Virus record (IMG/VR): IMGVR_UViG_3300017991_000056
Span: 1 to 64,000 of that record
Origin: a virus
Taxonomy: Duplodnaviria > Caudoviricetes
Length of the DNA stretch: 64,000 nt
Direction: 5' to 3' (one strand)
Below the pieces are notes generated by a model. That model was not told the origin of the DNA. It worked only from the letters and a program-made list of their open reading frames with translations, and made no database searches. Below, piece by piece: positions 32,701 to 42,215 of the stretch. Numbering within the stretch: the stretch's first letter is position 1; each line of letters opens with the position of its first letter. The translations under genes were made by a program, and so were the position numbers.

Positions 32701-33006
32701 TTCCTGGTTGACACGAAGGCGCCGGCCAAGAGGCGGCGCAGGCGCAAGTCGTCGCTCGGCGTCGTCGACTTCGAGATGATGGTGGGTCGGGTGGCCGCGT
32801 CGTTCGCGGCGACCAGGGGCTTGCAGGTCCGCCGGAAGGACAAGGACACGATGGCGGACACGGGCGGCGTCTCCAAGGGCCGCGAGCGGGAGCCGGAGTT
32901 GAAGCCCCCGCGCGAGGACGGCAAGAAGACGCACCGGACCAAGGACAAGCCTGCCGGCGAGCGGGACCGGGATACTGACAGCGATCCCGATATTCGGAAG
33001 GATTGA
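29767..33006 (+). CDS. Large multi-module protein with a central HD-superfamily domain; probable head-associated protein
   Basis: DHGIRH, ANHDVGY, SH, KTHD and RLSD; low-complexity linkers. Confidence 0.7.
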   Translation: MDFEVVRNSVARGFGVVLRVAKDFKTQNALDEYLKSHPGAKRTDHGVVSPAERDFQKKEQREREQDDRASAGAETRKDDEKKQEGGAPAGERGDAEPRQPQRGDPSQPEDVGEGMIVLLDQEPGSKEARVAEAFLASARMAAQWEPVRGNPNRQRRRKPGGGYAYRDKPADDQGKARDETGPAKGPAKDGAPAPAKGAPMEVRLKQVLGEDPGDGWGQHPIAEHQLTHGVQVRFPDGSSKKYGELSDDEKARVQKALADGNAATRGMNDYSKVDVETLKANMARNLGFYDSGSEEKANSDASPVTKENAKQVADSIRENAKSVLEKYSKAMSSVSRPMAEAYVDDMASAVEEAARDGSLGDVSQADVDALVREDVRRMLHQEVETRRRSLGDHGIRHATTNAANTEAMLGELQKAGLPVTGKDKLMAMTIQANHDVGYTVGDPATGFKGSHKDNSEELFNQERGRFDKVFGADSMDDMAKIIKTHDANDVDWDKDPVGSAVRLSDSTALFGQEKVQELFVRQPRTMELACKLRLAAEADPGNDQLIESIKKQMHQAVEDGDFDEVDKKLLNDQVSEMGEKGFSASKDILSRFSGRIDDFSFDKDRKVMTVGMRYSPEGQTVDMLFGDKLAAKKFNSFIEDMGGKPVEGQARGEMEFESNGKPAFRLEMRGFDDDPAETAHTEAMKGFVEKTARAGFNSAKRSIIPPPGMVEDDVDKAFEYVKKERGKFNDAEWASMEKLFKDGRGNPASIVEALGKWPLLESEKAYLGTSGAAPSGGAGDVSGKADDLMGRIKEFEGEDKDRVVKLVERLEAVKDKMMGKAASIPRHAARMLLASVATKGVFRRLAQLSDEEKAEVVKKVMEKIQGGGQEAEGDAPADAGDAKGLDAMEKEVEALEQEAAADVAPPEGGDEAPEADAPGPEEDVPEADAPAMSDDDGEGGLLKVVEDLAAEVEQIRSDGRVDPSEVLGLFDNMMQMVTFLVDTKAPAKRRRRRKSSLGVVDFEMMVGRVAASFAATRGLQVRRKDKDTMADTGGVSKGREREPELKPPREDGKKTHRTKDKPAGERDRDTDSDPDIRKD

Positions 33007-33281
33007 AGATGGACAGGGAGAGGATCGCAGCCATGGCTATGAATGTCGCGAGAAGCGTGTCCGCGGTGGATGGCGAAGACGAGAAGGCGCTCGCGAACGT
33101 GGACGGGGCTGTCGACGCCATGATCGCGGGGATACAGACCATCGAGGAGAACCTTCCCGGCGTCCGGGCGGACACCGTCCCGGAGAAGGCGGCCAAGGAG
33201 GCCATCCAGGAGCTTTTGGACGAGGCCATAAAGCCGTACCTCGCCGACCTGGTGAAGGCGCTGGAGTCGTTCGGCGGTTGA
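33003..33281 (+). CDS. Small helical hypothetical protein
   Basis: Coupled ORF; N-terminal RIAAMAMNVARS motif. Confidence 0.7.
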   Translation: MKMDRERIAAMAMNVARSVSAVDGEDEKALANVDGAVDAMIAGIQTIEENLPGVRADTVPEKAAKEAIQELLDEAIKPYLADLVKALESFGG

Positions 33282-33282
33282 C

Positions 33283-33300
33283 GATTCCTTTTATATTTCG
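33283..33300 (+). promoter_or_regulatory. Phage late-promoter-like motif, copy 2
   Basis: GATTCCTTTTATATTTCG, followed by AAGGAGG and ATG 33328. Confidence 0.65.
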
Positions 33301-33327
33301 TCCCTTGGTAAAGAAAAGGAGGACGTT

Positions 33328-33726
33328 ATGGCTATCAACGAACGCGTCCAGTGGGACATCAACGACATACCCTATGGCCAGCTCGCGCCCTCTCAGGCTG
33401 GCAGGACGGACTTCACGCCGGGCACGGCATCGGCTCGGCCTCTCGACATGAACTGGCCGAAGGACTTCCGCATTCCGACCGGCGTTCCGGCGCTCGATGC
33501 TCCGTCTCCATGCGAGGTGGAGCGCGTGCGCGTGCTCAAGCTGAAGAGGAACACCATCTGCGACCAGACGGTTCTTGAGCCCGTGGTGGTGAAGACCGTG
33601 GTCTCGACGGTGGAGTGTGACTGTGGGGGAACCTGTGGCACGCATATCTTCGTGGAGACCGAGACTCCCGAGAACCTGGCTGAGCGTGAGAGGCGGACGG
33701 GCTCTGACTGGGCCAAAGGAGCGTGA
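33328..33726 (+). CDS. Hypothetical protein
   Basis: Strong RBS; Cys cluster ECDCGGTCGTH. Confidence 0.7.
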   Translation: MAINERVQWDINDIPYGQLAPSQAGRTDFTPGTASARPLDMNWPKDFRIPTGVPALDAPSPCEVERVRVLKLKRNTICDQTVLEPVVVKTVVSTVECDCGGTCGTHIFVETETPENLAERERRTGSDWAKGA

Positions 33727-34613
33727 TCGTGCGCGTTTACCGTGTTGTCAGGGAATTCCATTACAGGTCGCTTGGGAAGTCGATCCCAACCGGGTCCGTC
33801 GTTTACACCGAGGACGATCTGGCTGGCTGGGTTGCCGTGAGCCCTCCTTCCGTCCCGGACCCGCTGACGACCTTCGTCGGTGGTATGGAGATCGCCGGTT
33901 TGCGGAATTTCGTGAGCGCGGGGCTTCTTGAGCTCCATGGTGCGATTGCAGAGGGCCATGAGCAGGAGGAAGAGGTGGAGGCACGGCAGGATAGGCCCGT
34001 CAACTTGGGGCTGTCTACGTGGGAGGAAGAGAGCAAGCCGGTATTGCGGGCAGCTCCGCAGCCCAACCGACCTGGATACTATCCGTGTGGTCGGCATATC
34101 GAGCTTCGGACGGCCACGCTTGAAGACTCGTTCACGGACACCAAGATTGACTTGAAGACCATGCGGCGTGTGGACTGGGGCGAGGTGAGGCTGGTGGGTG
34201 TCTATCGTGACGACAATGGTAGCCTCGTCAAGTGTGAGAAGGGTGCTGAGAATGCGGTGCTGTCGGTGTGGGATTTTCAGCCGAACGACCAGACTCCGGA
34301 TAGGACTCCTGTCAACTGGGACCTCAAGGAGTGTGTCGTGCTGGCTGGAGAGAAAAGCAAAGGGTGTTGTCGGGTAGACATGGTGCTGGGTCCTGAGGTC
34401 CATGAAGGCCGGGGAGGTGGTATCCGATTCGCCAGTGGGGCCATCGGTGACATCAACAGGAGTGTCGGGGTTGATTGTCCGGCAGCGCTGCAGCTTGATG
34501 CGGAGTCGCGTCACTCCTCTTCGGTGGTGCGCGTGTTTGTGTCTTACCCCCTTGGCCAAAAGGAAACGTATGTGCTTAGGCTGGCGACGTATCGACGTCT
34601 TGGCACATTCTAG
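33723..34613 (+). CDS. Virion-associated two-domain protein; N-domain paralogous to the 34622 collagen N-terminus, C-domain paralogous to 42216
   Basis: Direct pairwise similarity visible in the translations (see findings). Confidence 0.7.
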   Translation: MIVRVYRVVREFHYRSLGKSIPTGSVVYTEDDLAGWVAVSPPSVPDPLTTFVGGMEIAGLRNFVSAGLLELHGAIAEGHEQEEEVEARQDRPVNLGLSTWEEESKPVLRAAPQPNRPGYYPCGRHIELRTATLEDSFTDTKIDLKTMRRVDWGEVRLVGVYRDDNGSLVKCEKGAENAVLSVWDFQPNDQTPDRTPVNWDLKECVVLAGEKSKGCCRVDMVLGPEVHEGRGGGIRFASGAIGDINRSVGVDCPAALQLDAESRHSSSVVRVFVSYPLGQKETYVLRLATYRRLGTF

Positions 34614-34621
34614 GAGGCGTC

Positions 34622-37600
34622 GTGCTCGTTTACGAAGTAGTCAAGGAGTTCTACCTTGAGCAGATACGACAGACGGTCACTGTCGGGTCTGTAATCTATT
34701 GTGTGGAGAGCGACGGCCGGGCCTATGTCGCCATTGATCCTCCTCCCGTCCCGGACCCTCTTGCCAACTTCGTCGGCGGCATTGAGCTGGGTTGCGAGGG
34801 GGACTGCTTCTGCGAGTGGGTGGCGCGTCCCGACGGCCAAGAGTTTACCGAATACAGGAACACCCTTCCAGACCCGCCTCCAGACGGAGAGGGAGCAACA
34901 GGTCCCCAAGGGCCGCAGGGGAGTGGCGGCGGCCCCACCGGACCTCCAGGCCCCCAGGGTCCTCCGGGTGGCGCCACCGGGCCTGTCGGGCCTCAGGGAT
35001 TGCAGGGAGCCCAAGGCAGCCAGGGCTGGGAGGGCGAGCTTGGCCAACAGGGCTACGTCGGGGACCAGGGGGTTGTCGGCCCCCAGGGCCCGGGGCCGGT
35101 TGGCCCGCAAGGCAATCAGGGATGGCAGGGCGCCGGCCTTCAGGGGCCGGTCGGAGGGCAGGGGTCGCAGGGGCTTGTCGGGTCCGACGGGAGCCAGGGG
35201 AGCGACGGACCCACAGGAGTCGGTCTTCAGGGGCCCATTGGCCATCAGGGCGCAGATGGGTTGCAAGGAAGCGTCGGAGCCCAAGGGCCAGATGGGTTTC
35301 AGGGCTGGCAGGGAGCCGCCGGAGCCGATGGCACTCAGGGTGCCCAGGGCAATCAGGGAACTCGGGGCACCCAGGGCAATCAGGGTGGTCAGGGCGTCCA
35401 GGGCTTCCAGGGCTGGCAGGGCGCCCAGGGTCCGCAGGGCGTTGAGGGTCTTTCGGGCTGGCAGGGACCTTCGGGCAACCAGGGCTTGCAGGGTGTTGGG
35501 GATCGCGGTTTTCAAGGTGATGCCGGAAGCGTTGGCGCGACCGGCGACCAGGGGTCCCAAGGCTATGCCGGGTCGCAGGGGAAGATCGGACTCCAGGGAG
35601 TCGACGGGGCAACGGGTGTCGGGTTCCAAGGTTATGCCGGGGCACAAGGCTTGGATGGTCCGGTTGGGCCGCAGGGGTTTCAGGGCGATGGCCATCAAGG
35701 CCCGCAGGGCTCTCGGGGGCAGACGGGCGCGGACTCGACGGTGCCTGGGCCTCAAGGTTCGATCGGGGTGGGGCTTCAGGGGCCGCAGGGGAGCGCGGGA
35801 GCGACAGGTGTCGGGACGATTGGCGCGCAGGGCTCTCGTGGGCCGCAGGGCTACGATGGGGAGCGCGGCTTCCAGGGCTTGAAGGGTGCCGTCGGCGAAG
35901 ATGGGGTGCAGGGACCGGTTGGGGCTCAGGGCTTCCAGGGCGCTCAGGGCTTTGGCGTTCAAGGTTCGCGTGGTCCTCAGGGCGACACCGGCTTTCAAGG
36001 CACGCAAGGTCAGGGAGCTCAAGGCCCGCAGGGTACTCAGGGTGCCGACTCGGCGACACCGGGTCCGCAGGGGCCTCAGGGTGATGGCTATCAGGGTCCG
36101 CAGGGCTCTCAGGGTTCTGGCGCTGATGGTTCCCAGGGGCCGCAGGGTCCTGAAGGGGTTCAGGGGTCAGAGGGTGACGGTGTCCAGGGCGCCCAGGGCG
36201 TGGTTGGCTCTCAGGGACACCAGGGAGTGGTCGGTTCCGGGACTCAGGGGTTTCAAGGTTCGGACGGAACGGGTCTTCAAGGGGTGGTTGGCCCTCAGGG
36301 AGGCCAGGGGCTCACGGGTATCGGCGTTCAGGGTCCGCAGGGGATCGTCGGACAGGATGGAGTTCAGGGAGGCCAGGGCGAGCAGGGGGCCACCGGAGCC
36401 GAGGGGGTAGGAGTACAAGGGCCTGTTGGTAGCCAAGGGCCTCTTGGCAGTCAGGGTTCGCAGGGAAGTGGGGCTCAGGGCGCTCAGGGTCCGGTTGGCT
36501 TGACAGGGGTCGGAGCACAGGGAGCCGTGGGTCCGCAGGGAACAGGCGGGAGCCAGGGAGTTCCTGGGGTTCAGGGCCCGTTGGGGCCTCGGGGCCTTCA
36601 GGGTGCCCAGGGTCTTGAAGGCGTTCAGGGTTCCGCGGGCGCGACGGGGGTCGGGGTTCAGGGGCCTGTTGGCGTTCAGGGCGTGACGGGAAATCAGGGC
36701 CCGGTTGGCGCCGTTGGCGGTTTCGGGCCGCAGGGCTTGCAGGGATGGCAGGGCAATCAGGGCGTGGCTGGACAGGATGGCTCTCAGGGCGTGGTTGGCT
36801 CTCAGGGTGATCGGGGCTCGACGGGCGTCGGTGTTCAGGGGCCGCAGGGATTGGACGGCCAGGACGGCGTTCAGGGGCCTCAGGGGGCCGCAGGAGACGC
36901 AGGGGCGACCGGGGCTGGGTTCCAGGGTCCGCAGGGCTTGGAGGGCCAGGGCGGGGCACAGGGGGCTCCTGGGACGCAGGGATGGCAGGGTTCCGGTCTT
37001 CAGGGTCCGGTTGGCTTCCAGGGAGTTGTCGGCCAGGACGGGGCTCAGGGCTCGGTTGGCTTCCAGGGCGTTGTCGGAGCCCAGGGCCATCAGGGGGCCA
37101 CCGGTGTCGGGGTGCAGGGCGATTCCGGTATTCAGGGGTCGGATGGCCAGGACGGGGCTCAGGGTGCCCAGGGCGTCGCCGGACAGGACGGATTGCAGGG
37201 GCCGGCTGGCGCTCGGGGCTATCAGGGCGATGTGGGATCGACCGGGGCCGACGGCGTTCAGGGCCCGGCTGGTCCGCAGGGCATCGCCGGCCAGGACGGG
37301 GCCATCGGCTTCCAGGGTGTTCGTGGTTTCCAGGGAGATGTCGGGTCCACGGGAGCCGCCGGGGTCGGCGTTCAGGGCACTCAGGGAATCGAAGGCCAGG
37401 ATGGCGTTCAAGGGGCTCAGGGACCGCAGGGCGAGATCGGCTTGCAGGGTGTTGCCGGGCAGGACGGGTCGCAGGGAGCTCAGGGGCTTGCCGGACAGGA
37501 TGGCGACCAGGGCTTGCAGGGTGTTGCCGGGCACGACGGGAGTGACGGTTCGCAGGGCTCGGCTGGGGTTCAGGGATTTCAGGGTCGAGATGGGCAGGAT

Positions 37601-39883
37601 GGGGTCCAAGGCCTTCGCGGCCTCCAGGGCGATCTGGGATGGCAGGGCGTTGCGGGAGATGACGGCGTTCAGGGCGTCCAGGGTTGGCAGGGGTCGGGGC
37701 TTCAGGGGCCTGGTGGCATAACCGGCCCGGCGGGCGACCAGGGGCCGCAGGGCAGCCAGGGCGTCGAGGGAGCCCAGGGATATCAGGGCTATGAAGGCGA
37801 GACTGGTCCTCAGGGCTACGAGGGTCCGCAGGGTCCGGGCCCGGCGGGACCTCAAGGCCTTCAGGGTCCGCAGGGGGTTGTCGGCCAGGAAGGGGCCCAG
37901 GGCGCTCAGGGGGCTCGGGGACCGCAGGGTCTTCGGGGCTTGCAGGGCTGGCAGGGGGTCGCCGGCCAGGACGGTTCCGATGGGGCGCAGGGGGTTGTTG
38001 GGCCGCAGGGTTTCCAGGGTTGTCAAGGCCCCCGGGGTGTTCGGGGGCTTCAAGGTGGCATCGGCCAGGATGGAGCTCAAGGCGTCCAGGGTTCCGTTGG
38101 CCTTCAGGGTCTCGTGGGCCAGGACGGGGCTCAGGGCTTCCAGGGAGTCGTCGGCCAGGACGGCGTCCAGGGAGCCAAGGGGGATGTCGGGAGCCAGGGG
38201 CCTGTTGGCCCACAGGGCCTTCGTGGCTTCCAGGGCAATCAGGGCGTTCGGGGATTCCAGGGAGCCGCAGGCCAGGATGGGGCCGATGGGGCTCAGGGCT
38301 CTCAGGGAGCTGATGGCCAGGACGGGGCTCAGGGATATCAGGGTTTAGTTGGAGTGGGTTTCCAGGGGAATCAGGGGTGGCAGGGCGTGGCCGGGGAGAC
38401 TGGTGTCGGCGTTCAGGGGGCAGCTGGGCCGCAGGGTGTTCGGGGGACGCAAGGGAATCAGGGCGAGATTGGGGCTCAAGGAGTTGTCGGCGACACTGGC
38501 GTTCAGGGGGCGCAGGGTTTTCGGGGCCATCAAGGTGCTGCGGGGCAGGATGGGACACAGGGTTCCCAAGGTTCGGTTGGCTACCAGGGTGTTCGTGGCT
38601 TTCAGGGTGTTGCTGGCCAGGATGGTTTCCAAGGAAGTCAGGGACATCAAGGGTCGCAGGGTAACGCCGGACAAGACGGAGCTCAAGGCCCTCAGGGTCA
38701 AGCGGGTACAGATGGGACTCAGGGCAACCAGGGCTGGCAGGGTTTTGGCGATCAGGGAGTTCCGGGCTATCAGGGATGGCAGGGTCCGGGTGAGATTGGG
38801 GTTCAAGGACCAGATGGGGCTGTTGGCAGTCAGGGCTCGCAAGGGCCTGTCGGCAATCAAGGATATCAGGGTTCGGTTGGTGTTCAGGGTGTTGTCGGGT
38901 TTCAGGGCGTCCAGGGCCTGGTTGGCGATCAGGGAGTTCAAGGGCCACAAGGAAATCAAGGCATGGTCGGACAGGTTGGCGCTCAGGGGGATCAGGGGCT
39001 TGCTGGTCAAGATGGGGCGCAGGGAAGTCAAGGGCCTATCGGGCACCAGGGCAATCAAGGTGTTGCCGGCCTTCAGGGGTTTGTCGGCTTCCAGGGTTCG
39101 GCGGGGAGCCAGGGGCTTGCCGGGGCTCAAGGTCCGCAGGGCTTTATGGGCTTTCAGGGCAGCCAGGGCAATCAGGGCTGCCAGGGTGTTGCCGGTCAGG
39201 TGGGTGCCCAGGGCAATGACGGTTCACAGGGCGAGCGTGGTTCTCAGGGGAATCAGGGATTCCAGGGGCTGACGGGCGCTGACTCGACGGTGGCTGGTCC
39301 TCAAGGGGTCGCCGGACAAGATGGGGCTCAGGGCTGGCAGGGCAATCAGGGCTGGCAAGGGCTGTCGGCGATTGGGGTTCAAGGCCCGGATGGGTCTGTC
39401 GGCAGTCAGGGTCCGCAGGGCAACCGGGGTTGGCAAGGCGTCCAGGGAGGGCAGGGGCTGCTTGGCGGGACGGGGTATCAGGGTTCGCAGGGGCTCACGG
39501 GGTCGGGCGGCATTCAGGGGCCTCAGGGTTTCGGTATCCAGTTCGATGTTATTGCCTTGACTGCCGGAAAGAGACTCGACACGACGGGTACGTATCTTCG
39601 CGGTCCAGGGAATGTCGCGACGAACGTGGCAGGTCTTGTTGTCGCGTGTGACGCCACCATAATTGGCATCGGGGTGGCCACGAGGGGCGCCGAGACGTGG
39701 ACAGCCGAGGTAGAGAAGAACAACCTCGGAGTCACGCTGGCGTCGCTTTCGATCAGCGCCGCGCAGAGAGGCAGCCGTTTCGATCTGAATGTCGACGTCG
39801 ACGCCGGTGATGAGCTCCAGATTTACTGCAATGGCACGAACATAGCCGACCCGGTGGTCACTGTGTATTTGAAGAGGAGGTAG
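34622..39883 (+). CDS. Long collagen-like fibre protein (1753 aa)
   Basis: ~90-aa globular N-domain, ~1540 aa of G-X-Y (QG-rich, with many GxG interruptions) and a ~115-aa beta-rich C-domain (..VDAGDELQIY). Confidence 0.9.
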   Translation: MLVYEVVKEFYLEQIRQTVTVGSVIYCVESDGRAYVAIDPPPVPDPLANFVGGIELGCEGDCFCEWVARPDGQEFTEYRNTLPDPPPDGEGATGPQGPQGSGGGPTGPPGPQGPPGGATGPVGPQGLQGAQGSQGWEGELGQQGYVGDQGVVGPQGPGPVGPQGNQGWQGAGLQGPVGGQGSQGLVGSDGSQGSDGPTGVGLQGPIGHQGADGLQGSVGAQGPDGFQGWQGAAGADGTQGAQGNQGTRGTQGNQGGQGVQGFQGWQGAQGPQGVEGLSGWQGPSGNQGLQGVGDRGFQGDAGSVGATGDQGSQGYAGSQGKIGLQGVDGATGVGFQGYAGAQGLDGPVGPQGFQGDGHQGPQGSRGQTGADSTVPGPQGSIGVGLQGPQGSAGATGVGTIGAQGSRGPQGYDGERGFQGLKGAVGEDGVQGPVGAQGFQGAQGFGVQGSRGPQGDTGFQGTQGQGAQGPQGTQGADSATPGPQGPQGDGYQGPQGSQGSGADGSQGPQGPEGVQGSEGDGVQGAQGVVGSQGHQGVVGSGTQGFQGSDGTGLQGVVGPQGGQGLTGIGVQGPQGIVGQDGVQGGQGEQGATGAEGVGVQGPVGSQGPLGSQGSQGSGAQGAQGPVGLTGVGAQGAVGPQGTGGSQGVPGVQGPLGPRGLQGAQGLEGVQGSAGATGVGVQGPVGVQGVTGNQGPVGAVGGFGPQGLQGWQGNQGVAGQDGSQGVVGSQGDRGSTGVGVQGPQGLDGQDGVQGPQGAAGDAGATGAGFQGPQGLEGQGGAQGAPGTQGWQGSGLQGPVGFQGVVGQDGAQGSVGFQGVVGAQGHQGATGVGVQGDSGIQGSDGQDGAQGAQGVAGQDGLQGPAGARGYQGDVGSTGADGVQGPAGPQGIAGQDGAIGFQGVRGFQGDVGSTGAAGVGVQGTQGIEGQDGVQGAQGPQGEIGLQGVAGQDGSQGAQGLAGQDGDQGLQGVAGHDGSDGSQGSAGVQGFQGRDGQDGVQGLRGLQGDLGWQGVAGDDGVQGVQGWQGSGLQGPGGITGPAGDQGPQGSQGVEGAQGYQGYEGETGPQGYEGPQGPGPAGPQGLQGPQGVVGQEGAQGAQGARGPQGLRGLQGWQGVAGQDGSDGAQGVVGPQGFQGCQGPRGVRGLQGGIGQDGAQGVQGSVGLQGLVGQDGAQGFQGVVGQDGVQGAKGDVGSQGPVGPQGLRGFQGNQGVRGFQGAAGQDGADGAQGSQGADGQDGAQGYQGLVGVGFQGNQGWQGVAGETGVGVQGAAGPQGVRGTQGNQGEIGAQGVVGDTGVQGAQGFRGHQGAAGQDGTQGSQGSVGYQGVRGFQGVAGQDGFQGSQGHQGSQGNAGQDGAQGPQGQAGTDGTQGNQGWQGFGDQGVPGYQGWQGPGEIGVQGPDGAVGSQGSQGPVGNQGYQGSVGVQGVVGFQGVQGLVGDQGVQGPQGNQGMVGQVGAQGDQGLAGQDGAQGSQGPIGHQGNQGVAGLQGFVGFQGSAGSQGLAGAQGPQGFMGFQGSQGNQGCQGVAGQVGAQGNDGSQGERGSQGNQGFQGLTGADSTVAGPQGVAGQDGAQGWQGNQGWQGLSAIGVQGPDGSVGSQGPQGNRGWQGVQGGQGLLGGTGYQGSQGLTGSGGIQGPQGFGIQFDVIALTAGKRLDTTGTYLRGPGNVATNVAGLVVACDATIIGIGVATRGAETWTAEVEKNNLGVTLASLSISAAQRGSRFDLNVDVDAGDELQIYCNGTNIADPVVTVYLKRR

Positions 39884-39889
39884 GCGGCA

Positions 39890-41818
39890 ATGGCCTACGA
39901 ACTTCTGCTGTCGACGACGGGGACTCAGGACCCTGTCGTGATTGAGGACCTGGGTGGCCGTTCGTTCTCCCATCCCACAACGGACTTCGATCTGCTCGCC
40001 GAGTTCCTTCCGAACGAGGTGATGAACTCGGACGACCTTCAGAGCGCGCTTGACAGTGGCTACGTGACGCTCAAGTGCAACAATGTCAGCATTGACTCTC
40101 TGATGGAGGAGGTGGTTCCGTACTTCGCGGTCCTGGCCGACGATGTCTTTGCTGCGGCGCATGAGAGGACCGGCTTCCCGAATCGCGACGAGACGACGGT
40201 TGCCTTCTCGGACTCGTCGCCGGACAGGACGTATACCATCTCCCCGGTATCGTCGGAGTTCCGGTTCTACATCAACGGGAGGAAGCATGTCAAGACCTCC
40301 GCCCAGTCGATTCAGATGGCCGACACCGAGGGTGTCCATTACATCTACTTCGACAAGGACACCCAGGTTCTGACGGAGACCACGACGTTCGTCCTGGCGA
40401 TCATCACCGAGCATGTCCTCTGCGCCATTGTCTACTGGGACGCGTCCAACAGCCAGCATGTGATTTTCGGTGACGAGCGTCATGGCATGACGATGGATGG
40501 CCAGACGCACGCCCACCTTCACACGTCGTGGGGCACCCGGTACATAAGCGGACTCGCCCTGGAGGATATAACGCCGGACGAGGATGGGAGTACCGACTCG
40601 CACGCCCAGTTCGGAGTCGAGAGCGGCGTCATCCGGGATGAGGATTTGGTCCACAGCTTGCCAGCGGAGGCCAAGCCGGCCCAGCTGCCGGTGCTCTATA
40701 AAGATGGCGCGAGCGGCTATTGGCGGTTCGACGCCGCTGACAACTTTCCGGTCAAGAACTACTCTGGCGGCAGTGGCTTTCTCGCCTATAACGAGTACAC
40801 CGGCTCGACTTGGCAGCAGGCGGAGGTGCCGGAGGGGAGCTACGTCCTTGCGCACATTGTCGCGACCAACGATCCGAACAACCCGTTCGTGGCCATACAG
40901 GGGACGTTTTTCTATACCAATATCTCGATCGCTAGAAGGGAGGCTCTGAATGAGTTCGCGGAGTTGAACCGCACGGGCATCCCTCTGATTGAGTTCGTGC
41001 TGATCGGGATTGTGATATATCAGACGAGCACGTCATACGCGAACACCCCCAAGGCGAGGATTGTCCGGACGGACGAGGGCGAAGATTACATTGACACGCG
41101 CGAGGACAAGATCGGCGTCCGCTACCTCCCGCAGGAGATCGGCTCCGTCTCGAAGTTCGTCTGGGCGCAGGCGCCGACCTTCAACGGACAGGTTGACCTT
41201 GTGGGCTGGTTCGCCGAGACGGATACTGCCGCGGCGCTGGCCAGCGGCTCCCCGGTGACCGCCTCCGAGGAGGCCTACAATTCGAGATGGGCCGTAGAAG
41301 TGGCTTCCGCTTCGGGGGCTCCCTTTACGATCCGGGTGGCGGGGACCTCCGTTGATCGCATAACTGGTGCCACGACGGCAAGCGATACCGAGGACATTTC
41401 CGTTGCTGGCAATGGCAACTACTTCACTCAGAAGGCGTGGCTCGACGCCTCGCAGTTCTCTATTGTGGAGGGCGGCAAGTCCTGTGACGTGACGCTGACC
41501 AAGGTGTCCGCATGGAACAATGCGGGGAAGAGGTTTGTCGTCACGGGGTGCCATCTTGAATGGACTCCGTCGTCCACCACATGGGGCATGCAGATACTCC
41601 TCTATAAGATCAACGCGGACGGGACGAGGACGGCCATCGATACGACTGCCTTCGCGAGCACAGACTCGATAAAGAGAGCCAAAAAGGACATCCGCGGCAG
41701 GTACAGCGTGGAGAACTACAACGAGATAGTTGACGGTGATGGGTTTGAGGGCATCGTTGTGGCTGTTCTCCAACAGTCGCTGATCGACTTCTTCCTGGAG
41801 GTCTACTACTATGAGTGA
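39890..41818 (+). CDS. Probable virion structural or fibre-associated protein
   Basis: 642-aa beta-rich ORF with RBS, directly after the collagen fibre gene. Confidence 0.65.
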   Translation: MAYELLLSTTGTQDPVVIEDLGGRSFSHPTTDFDLLAEFLPNEVMNSDDLQSALDSGYVTLKCNNVSIDSLMEEVVPYFAVLADDVFAAAHERTGFPNRDETTVAFSDSSPDRTYTISPVSSEFRFYINGRKHVKTSAQSIQMADTEGVHYIYFDKDTQVLTETTTFVLAIITEHVLCAIVYWDASNSQHVIFGDERHGMTMDGQTHAHLHTSWGTRYISGLALEDITPDEDGSTDSHAQFGVESGVIRDEDLVHSLPAEAKPAQLPVLYKDGASGYWRFDAADNFPVKNYSGGSGFLAYNEYTGSTWQQAEVPEGSYVLAHIVATNDPNNPFVAIQGTFFYTNISIARREALNEFAELNRTGIPLIEFVLIGIVIYQTSTSYANTPKARIVRTDEGEDYIDTREDKIGVRYLPQEIGSVSKFVWAQAPTFNGQVDLVGWFAETDTAAALASGSPVTASEEAYNSRWAVEVASASGAPFTIRVAGTSVDRITGATTASDTEDISVAGNGNYFTQKAWLDASQFSIVEGGKSCDVTLTKVSAWNNAGKRFVVTGCHLEWTPSSTTWGMQILLYKINADGTRTAIDTTAFASTDSIKRAKKDIRGRYSVENYNEIVDGDGFEGIVVAVLQQSLIDFFLEVYYYE

Positions 41819-42206
41819 TCGGCGGTTTAAGTTCGCGTTTGAAGATGAATATGCCGAGGTGCTTGGTGAGTCGCAGACTAGCGACACGAGTTGGAGCGAC
41901 AAGGTGGTGTTGGTCACTTCCTCGTTTCCGGCCGGCGACTATCTTGTTGGGTGGAGTGCTGAGCTGTACTCCTCGAAGACTAACAACGAGTGCGAGGCGC
42001 AGGTGGTCGTTGACGGGGTGGGAGACCCCATTTTTGAAGGTGCCCACGACCGTAAAAGCTGGCTGTCCTGTTCTGGTTTTGGCGAGGTGGCGCTGACGGG
42101 CAATGGCGTTCGCACAGTTCGTTTCCAATACCGTAAGTCGCCTGATGCTGTGTCGCAGGCAGCAGCTTACATTCGGCGCGCGTCACTGAAAATACGTCCT
42201 TTGTAG
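41811..42206 (+). CDS. Small beta-sandwich virion protein
   Basis: Coupled ORF; AGDYLVGWSAE..TVRFQYR pattern. Confidence 0.6.
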   Translation: MSDRRFKFAFEDEYAEVLGESQTSDTSWSDKVVLVTSSFPAGDYLVGWSAELYSSKTNNECEAQVVVDGVGDPIFEGAHDRKSWLSCSGFGEVALTGNGVRTVRFQYRKSPDAVSQAAAYIRRASLKIRPL

Positions 42207-42215
42207 GAGTGGGCC

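Noticed and set aside
27457-32934. 1825-aa minus-strand ORF (also 22797..26033, 6930..10247 and others)
   Set aside because: Antisense to recognisable portal, terminase and HD genes; high GC3 removes antisense stops.
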